Assembly (NCBI RefSeq): GCF_025526975.1
Contig: NW_026515669.1
Coordinates: 372,001 to 436,000, forward strand
Source: Fimicolochytrium jonesii
Taxonomy: Eukaryota
DNA length: 64,000 nt
Reading direction: 5' to 3'
Under the pieces are notes generated by a model. It made no database searches. It saw only the letters and a program-made list of their open reading frames with translations, and was not told the origin of the DNA. Positions 1 to 10,168 of this stretch are shown in pieces. Made by a program: the position numbers and the translations under genes. Position 1 is the stretch's first letter; every line of letters begins with the position of its first letter.

Positions 1-4
1 CATT

Positions 5-695
5 TCAGGCACATAAGGGGAAGAAAAGAAATCGTCGCCAGCCCTCCTCCTTTTGGCCAATCGCCTTTCCACCCGGATACGTGTGAGCCATTCTCGTGAT
101 GGTGAAATAGATGTGCGGTTTCATGGTTACTCGTTTCTCCGCTTCGACTGCATACACAGTTAGCTGCGCTGGGAGGGCGACGAGATTGCTTTCACATTCC
201 GTCAGCCAGTGGGTAAATTGAACCATCAAATGTGGGTCGCCCCACGTGTATTCAAAGTCTCGTGCGTCGTTCATTTGCGCCATGCACAGCTGTGTGCTCA
301 ACGCGAATGCGTTGAGGGCTTGGTCAACCTGTGGTACAGAAATGAGGGCGCGCCGACATGAGCTGAAACGTGCACAGAGACAATACCTTTGAAACATCCG
401 ACAGTCCCAGAATGCTTTCAGTCAGTCCAGGGCCAAGGTCAACAGTTCCCATCAGCTGTCCTTTGCTTCCAGGTTGAACGGTCAAGATTCCGTAATCGGT
501 TTCATCAAACCCAATGCCGCCAGCAAGGTAGCGCAATCCAAGACTTTCCTGCAGCCAAACGTGTTGTGCACAAATCGCGTCTATGCGGTCCGAATCCAAT
601 CCAACAAGCTGCACACCCGCATCCGCTCGAAGCCTCTGCTGGGCACGCTGCGATGGTAGAACCAGGTTGCCATCCCATTCGCATGGCTTGCGAGG
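5..695 (-). pseudogene. 3' part of an intron-containing putative DNA transposase gene (P-element/THAP9-like), interrupted by LTR element A
   Basis: Removing 696-33998 and one GAGG joins in frame ...AYEFLVGKGWAGVGRSG|PRKPCEWDGNLVLPSQRAQQR...GIGFDETD...GTVDLG; a phase-0 GT..CAG intron at 329-386 links to ORF 5-397. The LPS/FDE/GxVDxG spacing recalls P-type transposases. Confidence 0.45.
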
Positions 696-1112
696 TGTGG
701 AAGTGATCAGGTTGACGGCGTATGAGGAGATGGGGAGATTCAAGGGAAGATTAGTATTTGTGCGCGCGTGACCGGGCGTGATCAGTAGTAGGATAGAGAC
801 ACACCCCCTTCCCCCCCCACTATAAAAAGGACGACACTGACGTAGATTGCCCGGGAGCATCTTACCGGCAATGGACTAGACCATAAGTTTGTACCATAGG
901 AGCTCAATTGACCCAACTGACTAGCGTACCTACGCCTAGCAGTCCGGGGTTGCCAATATACAGAGTACGCCCAAGCGTGTCTACTTGTGTGGTGAGAATA
1001 GGGATTTGGTTGGTCTCTACCTTTTACCTTGCACTCTCCACAAGTAGATTACCTCCACCCGCGAACGACCTGATTTAGGACCTATCTCAGGGAATAATCG
1101 ACCACTTTCACA
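696..1112 (+). repeat. 5' LTR of element A (417 bp)
   Basis: TGTGGAAGTG...CACTTTCACA; roughly 95% identical by eye to 33580-33998; contains TATAAAA. Confidence 0.95.
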
Positions 1113-1115
1113 TTT

Positions 1116-1132
1116 TGGAGGCTCGGCCGGGA
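1116..1132 (+). promoter_or_regulatory. Primer-binding site of A, tRNA-Pro-like
   Basis: TGGAGGCTCGGCCGGGA starts 3 nt after the LTR and resembles the tRNA-Pro PBS TGGGGGCTCGTCCGGGA. Confidence 0.65.
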
Positions 1133-1892
1133 ACAAGGAGAGACCACCTTCAAGGAAAAACAAGGAAGGAATTACAAGGAATCTACGAGGTCATTTCAAA
1201 GATCGGATTGGCAAACCACATCTGCCACCTTACAAGAAACCTACCCACGCGTCGCATTCTCTGTTTCCCTACGGAGAAGCGAAGCACCAATCTCCACCAG
1301 AGATTGAAGATCAGTCCATAGATCTTCACCTAGATCAAGATAGCGAAACTGGCCGACGACGCAGAATTTGTCACCAGTCTCCGCTCCGCAAGCCGCTCTT
1401 CAAGCCGCTCGTCAACCAAGGAAGCAATTGTGGCAAGCAGCGCGACAGCCAAACGAGCTGCCTACGAGCGATACCGAAGTTCTCTGCTCCTCAAGAGAGA
1501 ACGCAAGCCCACAGGCAAAGCCAAGTCCACGGATTCCCCGTCCAAGGAATCCCAGTCCAAGGAATCCTCCGAAGAATCCTCGTCCGAGAATTCGTCGTCG
1601 AAACAAGGCCCATCATCTGGTGTGAACCCGTCCCGGACAACCACAAGATCAAGCAGCTTCCCGGGCAGCTTCCCAAGCACTCCACCAGCCCCAGTATCAA
1701 GGCCACCTGCTCAGGATTCCCCCGCGGATCCTCCAGCGCAACCCCCGTCTATCCATCCATCCATCCATCCAGCTACTGCTGCTGTTGCCCCGGCGATCTC
1801 ACAAGATCAAGCCCGAGCGCAGACTCCCGACCAGGAACGGGAGCAAGAAAGAGGACACCTGGTTTACGCCGGTTGCTAGAAGGAATCCCGAA

Positions 1893-3232
1893 ATGGCAGA
1901 CGGAACCCCCGCAGGAGTTCCCCGAGCGGCCTCAGCGGCCACGGTACTCGAAGCGGCGGCAAGAGGATTCGAGCGAGCCCACTGGATGTTGAAGAATGAC
2001 ATCTCGCCGAGATTCAAAGGCAAGCCGGGTGAGGACGCATATGCATTCCTGGAGAGGCTGAGGCAAGAAGCTCAAAGGGCCGTAGACCAAAAGTACTTCG
2101 AAAACCTCGACTACATGGTGCCCAAGCTTGGTCCACTCTTCAAGGATGGAGCGAAAAATGGTGGAGCAGTCTGTCGTTGACCAACATTCCATTTAAGCAA
2201 TTCAAGGAACAATTCATGGCTCAATACGACGAGAAGATACCCCCTATCTACCGTTCGGCGAAAGTAGCCAGTATGAAGAAGCTCAACAAGGAAACGTCGC
2301 GCGACTTCGCTATTCGGATCAAGGAAGCCAATTCCCGTCTCGGCACCAACCCCCTAGACCTAGGCAACCTCAAATACGCCTTCTATCAAGGTCACAAGCC
2401 TCGTGAGCAAGACAAGATCGAGGAAGTGAAGATAGGTGGCAAAGACTGGTACGACGGGGCGGTGACCTTCGACCAATTTGCCGAAGAAGCGTACCGAAGA
2501 ATTGACAAGGAACGGCTCCGAAGCCGGCGCCACGCCCGAAGCTCCTCCTCGTCCTCCTCGGACTCGGAGTTCAGCTCCAGTGGCTCCACCTCTGCTTCTT
2601 CCTCGGAAGAAGGACGCAGCCGTTGTCGCCGGAACAAGAAGGACAACAGGACATTCCGGCCCCAGCGACAAGGATCCCCGTCGCACATTCTGAAGACGGC
2701 GGTCCAAATTGCCCCGCCAAGTCCCATGCCTACCGCCAACATCGAGAAGCTAGCTAAACATGCGGCGGAGAACGAGATAACCAAGTTCAGAGAGGAACTC
2801 CGCTTGACCGGTAGCCGACGCGGCCACATGGGACGGGCAGTACACTTGACAGAATTCGACGACGACCGGGATGATTACTCCGGTTACGAGGCATACATGA
2901 TCGACCGACAACAAGGTCCATACCCCCACCAGCCGTACCTGCGCAACGACTACGGCCAGCAGAGCCAGAACGACCTCAGTACGCAAGTACAGGAAGTCGT
3001 CAAGAAAGCGGTTGCCGAAATTGCCGCGCAAATGGGCAAGGTGCAGATCAACAATGGCCTGTCCTCGGGAGGACCACCAAGGATCGGAGAGGGAAAGTGT
3101 TACGCCTGCGGGGGCGACCACTTCAAGGACGACGTGGACCGTGAGACGGAGAGATCAGTATGCCCCAAGAAGCAAAGCCCAGAGGCGGGAAATGCCAATG
3201 CTGAGAAGCGGCATTTTCCCCGCCAGGGCTAG
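1893..3232 (+). pseudogene. gag of element A (frameshift in the A-run near 2155), C-terminal Zn-knuckle-like motif
   Basis: PRFKGKPGEDAYAFLERL...GAK(K)WW capsid-like motif; CYACGGDH..C knuckle. Confidence 0.8.
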
Positions 3233-3524
3233 GAGCCGAGAGCCTCCTAGTCCTGGAACCAACGGCTCTTGAGCAGGAAGACCACGGAGAATCGCTGCCT
3301 CAAGGCCAGGATGAAAGTCTGACCTTTCCTGCTCGGTCACCATCAGAACCGAGAAGAGGCAGTGATTCTGACTCCGAAAGCGACTAGGGAACGCGCGGAG
3401 AAATAACGACAGCTGACGAACGTTACAACCCCAACACCTGTCCAAGTCGGGAGAAGAAAAACCCGACTCGGAGGACCCTGACCAAACACGCTACCAGTCC
3501 CCGCCACCCGAAAAAGAACTCTAC

Positions 3525-4124
3525 TTGATCAACTTGGTTGACAAGAACGATTGGCAATTGCACCTGGACATCTTCCAGCAACTCAATGACGGACCCTGGG
3601 GAGGCCCACATGGCCATACCATGGACCTCTTTGCCACGAAGCAGAACGCTCAAGTTTCAGAGTACTGCTCGGTCGACCAGACGGACAGCAATGCAATTGC
3701 CCATGACGCCTTCAAGATTCGCTGGGTCGCCGAGAATGGCTGGGCCAACCCCCCTTGGCTAGCCATTCAACAGGTGCTTGACAAGATCGTCACGGACGGA
3801 GCGGCCATTACACTGATTACCCCCGTATGGCGAGAAGCTCCATGGTACCTTCAGCTCCTGACGCTCCTCGTTGACTATCCTAAATTGCTGAACCACGAAC
3901 GAGACCTCTTTGCCAAGGGTGGCTTCCGTGAACAAGACGAAGGTGTTTACAGGCTACCGCCCTGGGAACACACCGCGGCATGGCGAATCTCCGGTGACTC
4001 TGCGGCCATTCACCACTTCCGAGACCGGTTGCGCCAAGTGTGGACCTTCAAGACCGGCCCCCGCCATGTCAAGCGCCTGCCATTCCAAGACTGCTACGCA
4101 GGAACTCTGTCCTTTCTACGGATT
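3525..4124 (+). CDS. DNA N6-adenine methyltransferase domain (DIRS/phage Dam-like) at the N-terminus of A pol
   Basis: DWQLH..FQQL..WG..MDLFAT.QN..DAF..W..NPPW..I.QVL.K..A..TLITPVW...PWY matches the DIRS-type MT consensus, with an NPPW catalytic motif IV. Confidence 0.88.
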
Positions 4125-4445
4125 TGTAATGTGGAGTGTAATGTGGAGAACGACACGTCGCGTCTGTTAGACAGGCCTTGGGGAAAAATACCTGTATGTG
4201 ATGGGAATATACAGGTATTTCCTGGCCTACGACGCGTCTCGACAGTGTTCTCCAGTTGGCTCCGACCTCATGGGTACTTTAACAGTGCTCGTCGCGAGTT
4301 CCTATGCACAACAAGTAGTTCTTTTACTACATACCGAATAGCAGCGCCGGCGAACACCCAGTCCGTGTACAGTACCTTACAGCAAAGTAGTTATTGTATA
4401 CGAACATCAGTTATACAACCCGTGTGGAAGGTAGTCCACATCACA
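4125..4445. mobile_element. Solo LTR (321 bp) inserted in A between the MTase and the protease
   Basis: TGTAATGTGGA...TCCACATCACA inverted termini; perfect GGATT TSD (4120-4124 / 4446-4450); excision restores the frame LSFLR-IPFRTILS. Confidence 0.9.
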
Positions 4446-6654
4446 GGATTCCCTTCCGGACAATTCTCTCCATCCGTCGGCGCCCACCAGCGACAGCAGA
4501 CAAAAAAGGGGAGGAAGATGCCAAGGCGGTGGCAATTGACACGGCCATATTGGAAGCACACGAGAAGGGGTCACTGGAAGAGATAATGCTTCTGGAGAAG
4601 ACGGTCAAGCAACGGAAACGCAAGGCATTGAAGAGAGAATTCCTCGACAGCCTTGTCTGGAAACAAGTCGGAGCGGACAAGTACATCCCAAGGCGCAATT
4701 CTTCCTGAAAGACTTGACGATAGTCACAGGAGAATTGCTGAGCAAGGCAAGACGGTACCTCGACGTCCGAGAAAAATACGAGATCACCGCGCATCCTGGG
4801 GACGACCTACCCACCCAGGACACCTGGATTGCTCCGGTGGCTGGAAATGAAGAAAGATTCCACGCTTGGAAGGAAGCCCGAGAGCTGTACCTCACGGATG
4901 ACCGCATGGTCATTCCTCCCGATGAAGGAAAAGAGGACACCCTCCTTGATTCCCTTCATGCCCACGTCGAAAAGGACACGACAAGTAGTCCGGACCTACG
5001 CAGGATGTACACCATTGCGCAGATCTACGGGAAGATTGAGGACACGTCTCTCGATGAGCTCGTTTTTGACACTGCAGCGAGTCTCAACGGCATCGACGCT
5101 ACGTTCTACATGATGCTGAAGACCAAGCACGGCTCAAAGATCAAGGCCACCAAGTACGAGCGCAAGCTGTCGGGAATTGGCGAAGGCCGTTCAATAGGCC
5201 ACGTTGAATTGAGAGTCAAGGACGTCAATGGACGGCACAGTTACAAGTTGAAGTTCAACATCATACCCAACTTGGGACGACCGGTGCTTATCGGCATCCC
5301 AGGGCTCGACGCAATGGGGGCAGTCATGGACATGGAGAAGAGATCATTCGCCTTCCGACTACCAACCGAAGAGCAAATGACCATGCTCATGAAGATAACG
5401 CTAGAAGACCATCCCCTTCACACCCACCTCCCGACGGTCGCTCCGCTAGGGCCATCACGCTATGACGTAGTCATCAAGCAAGACCAAGTAGTGTTGAAAC
5501 CAATGGCGGTGACGCACGTACGGGTCGGCGGAACGAAGCAGGGAATCCCCGGAACGACGTACCTTGTTGAAGGCAACAAGGCGTTAGGCGAGTCAGGCAT
5601 ATGGTGTGCGAACTAACTCGGGAAGGCCAACGAGAACGGAGAATGGCTGTACCCGGTCGCGAATCTCACGCCCAGGAAGCGCATCCTTCGGAAGAATCAT
5701 GTCGTCGGAACCGCCACCGCCAGCGACCACGACCTACGGGTAGAACCAGTGCCTGAAGCGTATCTGACGGAGGAGAAGCTGAGCGGATGGTTGACTGAAA
5801 ACCTGAAAAATGACCTACCGCCACCGCCGCCCGCATGGCCAAACGGCCAAAAGGCCGCCGGCCAACGCCATTGGATGATGCCCGGATTAAGAAGCACCAC
5901 CGGCTCAGCATTCTACACGCTTCAGAGCCAAGAGGAAGTGAAGGCCTGCGGAACGGACGAGCCGGAAGCGGGACCAGTGGAGGTGAAAGGGTTGGGGCAA
6001 GAGGAGATTGGCGAACTGGCGAAGACATCAGCCATTCACAAGATGAAAGATTTGGACGCGGCCGCCACCCCTCTGGAGGACGAGCAATCCTACGTGTCAC
6101 CAGCCACCCGCCGAGGACGAGACCAAATAGAAGCAATGGCGCCTCGGGCTCACCTGACACCGGAAGAAGACAAAGCATTACGGGACGTGCTCCTAGCGAA
6201 TGCGGAAGCCTTTGACCCCCAAATTCCGGACAAGCCAAATATTCCATACGAACATCACATGGAGATAATGCCGGGGACTCTTCCCGTTGCCCACCCTCCA
6301 CGCCGACAGGGCCAGGAGAAAGAGAAGGTCCTACGGGAGCACACTGGCACAATGCTGAAGGACAACATCATCCGACCCAGTAGATCACCATGGGCCGCTC
6401 CGGTGTCGCTAGTTAAAAAGCCGGGGGGTGGACTGAGATTCGTCACTGACTACCGTGAACTCAACGCAAAGACTATACCCGACTCCCATCCGCTGCGTCG
6501 AATCGACTCGACCATTGAATTCCTCGCCGGCAAAAAGTGGTTCACCACCATGGACCTACGCTGGGGATTCTGGCAGATACCGATCAAGGAAGAGCACAAG
6601 CACCTCACAGCCTTCTGTACACCACATGGGCTGTTCGAGTACAACAGACTCCCA
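4446..6654 (+). pseudogene. pol of A: linker, aspartic protease and N-terminal half of RT (frameshift near 4700, stop at 5614)
   Basis: LVFDTAASLNGI protease site with LIGIPGL; RT motifs SPWAAPV.LVKK..GLRFVTDYRELN, DLRWGFWQIP, TPHGLFEYNRLP, then truncated. Confidence 0.9.
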
Positions 6655-7632
6655 TCTCGTAACGGCTTCAGCGAGATAATGACCGATGACCATATTCTTG
6701 AGAAGACCGGCCTTGAAGTATCGAATCTGATCGATAAGGGGAATGGTGCCTTGATCGTTATCGAGACGATGAGCGGCTTCAAGCTCATTATTGGTGTCTT
6801 GGAACTCCTTGATATATTTCTCAAGAGAGTCACCGAGCTTGAGACCGGAGAGCTTGAGCTCAATATTATTACGCAAGTTCCGAGGATAAAAGTGAGCGAC
6901 AAGAGCCGTTTCAAAAGCTGACCAACTTGCGGGAGCGCCGGAGGCGTAAGTCGTATTGTACCACTCGAGAGCAGTACCCTTGAGGTAGGTAGTGAGCGTA
7001 GGGGCGTACTCTGCCATAGTAAAGGGTATGGCATTGGCAGCTCCAGTACCGTCTGTTCCAGCTGCTACAGCCGGGACAGTGAGAGACTCGAGAAAGTTGT
7101 GGTGAGACGAAACGAACTCTTCGATCTTTTTGGCAGCTTTGGCGCCATCGTATTCGACGAGCTTGTTCTTGCGAGCGTCAATAAGGAGTCTGAAACGTTC
7201 GGCTCGTTGGACGTCCTGCGTAACAGCACGCTCCCAAGTAGCAAAAGCGGCTGCGACAGCCGCAACGATAGCTTGAGTTTGTTGGTCCATTCTTGCTTGT
7301 GAACGAGTGTACGGGCGACGTCCGGTAGAAGAGGACATTGACGAGGAATGTCTTGGTGATGCTAGCGGTAGGTGGTGCTACCATGTAACGTTGGAGGAAA
7401 CGTAGACAATATTGGGCCCTTCTGAGAGGGCTGAGAGCAGTGTATTCTAGTGAAGAAAAAAGTAAGAAGCTCTTCGCAGCGGCCGCTCGACTGACAGCTT
7501 TATATATGGGCTGCCAGCGGGGCTTGCGTGGCTTCAGTGAGGCTTGGCGCCTTATGTAATGTATCACCGAGAGCTCGGGTGGCCAGCCCGGGTCTCGGAT
7601 CATAGAAGTAAAGAGATATAATATGAAATACA
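6655..7632 (-). mobile_element. Element C: truncated LTR retrotransposon (5' LTR 7384-7632, PBS, gag 5' part 6655-7338) in reverse orientation
   Basis: Minus strand TGTATTTC..CGTTACA followed by TGGTAGCACC; gag motif YLKGTALEWY...SWSAFETALVAHF. Confidence 0.82.
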
Positions 7633-9585
7633 ACTGAAGATGAGATAACCCCGACACTGGAAGGAGCGTTCACCGAGGAGATTAAACACGCGCAGAAGGG
7701 GGACAAATTCGTCGCCCGGTACCTCGCATTCTTTGAAACGGGAGAACTACCGGACAACATCCTGACAAAGCAACTCATGCTACGGACGATCTCCGACCTA
7801 CGCGTCCAGGACGGCATACTCTATCGAATTCAAGAGTTTCGCCGACCCGGGTACAGACGCTGGATGTTCAAGCAGATCGTTGTACCGGCCAAATTGTGAA
7901 GACGATGCCTGGAGCTCTGCCACGACGACCTGTTGGCAGGACATCTGGGCAGAGACAAAACCTTCAGCAGACTTCAACAGTCCTTCTGGTGGCCGGAATG
8001 CGTGGCGGACATGATCAATCACCTCGCCAGTTGCGTCAAATGCAATCAGCACAAGCCGGAAATGCCGAAGTCTGCGAGAGGAGGAGAGATGGACTCAATC
8101 GTCATTGGAGACGTGTGGTGGCGGGTTGGAATGGACTTGCTTGGACCCTTGCCGGCTACAAGGAATACAAAGTTCAAATACGTACTCGTTGTCATCGACT
8201 ACGCCAGCAAATTCAGCTTCGCAATTCCATTGAAGGACGCAAAGGCGTACACGGTTGCCCGGGCTCTTATGGAGCACGTATTCACCATCTGCGGGGTCCC
8301 CGGAGTGATAACGTCGGGCCGTGGACAGCCCTTCACGAGCGAGGTTCAGAAGGCGCTACTGAAGCTACTGGGGGCCGCCCCAGCATTAGCGTCGCCCTAC
8401 CTCCCACCATCCAATGGGCTTGCGGAGAACACGATCAAGACGCTCTCAAAGATGATCCAGACCTACGTGAACAAGTACACCCACGACGACTGGGACCGAC
8501 AACTTCCGTACATCTTGTTCGGTCATCGGACCATGATGCAATCACCGACATTGGAGCTGCCATTCTACCTGATGTTCGGACGCGACCCCCAGATGCCGGG
8601 ATTCTTGTGGGAGAAATCCCACACGCCAACGGAGTCATGGGAGCCGATTGGGAAAGGAGCAATGCCGGTCGGGGACTTGCGAGCGGAGATTGTCAGGCGC
8701 CTGCAGATTGCATGGGATTTAGCCAAGGAGAACGTCGTCAAAGCCCAAGCACAACAAAAGGCGTGGTACGACAAGAACTCCGAGAAGGCAAGCTACCAGC
8801 TAGGAGAACGAGTCTGGCTGGCAATTCCTCAGTTTCGCAAGTCGGCCAACGTGGAAAATGCGACGGCCATCAAGAAGTTCGCTGCCAAATGGAGTGGACC
8901 ACACCGGGTAGTAGGTGTCGGCGACAACGGCCTCACCTACAAGCTTATGGAACTCCTCTTGCCTGTGGAAGTCATCTACCGGACAGCCCGTATCCGGCGC
9001 ATGCGACCATTCACTGCCAGACGACCGCTAGACCCGACGGAGCTAATTGAGATGGACGAAGAGGAAATTTCGACAGCTCAATTGGCACAGGCAGCGACAG
9101 CTTGAGTCTTGAAGAAGACGCCATTCAGGCCTAGAGCGTACGGGACGTCCCACGAACTGAAGAAGCGAGGGCTTGACCCGGACACGGACTCGGAAGACTC
9201 TGATGGCAATGTTGAGCATGAATGGGAGGCCGAGAAGATCATTGACCACCGCCAGGACGACAATGGGCAGTGGGAATCCAAAGTCCACTGGAAAGTCTGG
9301 AACATTCGGTACGACAGCTGGGTGGCACTCTCGGACTTCCGAGGGCAGGAGCTACTGGATACGTACTGTCGCGCAAATGGCGTCACCATTGGGGACGAAT
9401 CACCTACGGCGGACGCCCAGACCGGCGACGACAGCACGCAATTACGCCGCCCCACGAGACAATCCACGCAGAAGTCTCCAAAAAGGGGAGGAGATAAGGT
9501 CGGGGATACTACAGAGGCCGCAGGGCGGAAACAGAACAAAGGAGGGAACAAAGGGTCAGCTGGTCGGCAAAGGAGTAGAGAATGA
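7633..9585 (+). pseudogene. pol 3' part of A: integrase (HHCC, DDE core, GPH motif) and chromodomain; in-frame stops near 7897 and at 9103
   Basis: HDDLLAGHLG..CVKC, VGMDLLGPLP, SNGLAEN, WSGPHRV; EWEAEKIIDHR..KVHWK..DSWV. Confidence 0.92.
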
Positions 9586-9750
9586 GGAAAAAAGGGAAAA
9601 AAGCATGCAACCGCGGACCAACCGGCATCTTCCACGTCGGTGGAGTACCCAGCGGCCCAGCGAGAGCAAGACGTGCAGCAAGAGAATGCTCAGCCGGACA
9701 GAAGGGAGAGAACGCCCAGAACCCAAGGGAATTCCCCCGCTTCGAGAATG

Positions 9751-9759
9751 CATAAATAG
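9751..9759 (+). promoter_or_regulatory. Putative internal TATA-like promoter for the 3' PHD-TET ORF of A
   Basis: CATAAATAG followed by a C-rich leader that, with B removed, reaches the ATG at 30671 about 120 nt later. Confidence 0.45.
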
Positions 9760-9831
9760 CGAGCATCAGAATCCGCTTCCCTCGAGCCTCACCGACCCCC
9801 AACCGACTACCGCTCCCCAGCACGCTCCTAC

Positions 9832-10076
9832 TGGTGGAGGTATCATCCTCCCAAGTCCCCGGTTAGGGTTCGCGTAGTTTATTTCCTCACGTGACTCCCC
9901 TCCTGCTTACGCCACGCTTCTGCATACGGGACTTCACTCTTTTCTTCCCCTTTGGACCTCGCGTCCTCTTTACACTTCAGACTTTTCTACACAAGACAAT
10001 ACATACTTCACAGTACAACACTGCACACTACATAGAGTTTGCTCAGTCATCTGCTTCCTCTGCCGACTACCGCTAA
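9832..10076 (+). repeat. 5' LTR of B
   Basis: Direct repeat of 30371-30615, about 14 differences counted by eye. Confidence 0.92.
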
Positions 10077-10168
10077 GTGGTTATGAGCCCTGGCTCCGCC
10101 CGCAGCTAGCGGACGTTCCAGGATAAAGAACTCACGATCTCCAGTCACCGCTCTCTTAGAAAAGCACC

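Noticed and set aside
1368..1879. Ser-rich ORFs in the A leader as a separate gene
   Set aside because: Low-complexity repeats open in several frames; cannot be told apart from leader sequence or a decayed gag extension.
3525..4124. MTase as part of a nested DIRS element
   Set aside because: No adjacent DIRS RT/RNase H, tyrosine recombinase or inverted terminal repeats, and the coding sequence runs on towards the Gypsy protease.
7896..9050. 384-aa alternative-frame ORF over the integrase, and similar long shadow ORFs (15889-16590, 27035-28081)
   Set aside because: No motifs; expected by-products of GC-rich coding sequence.
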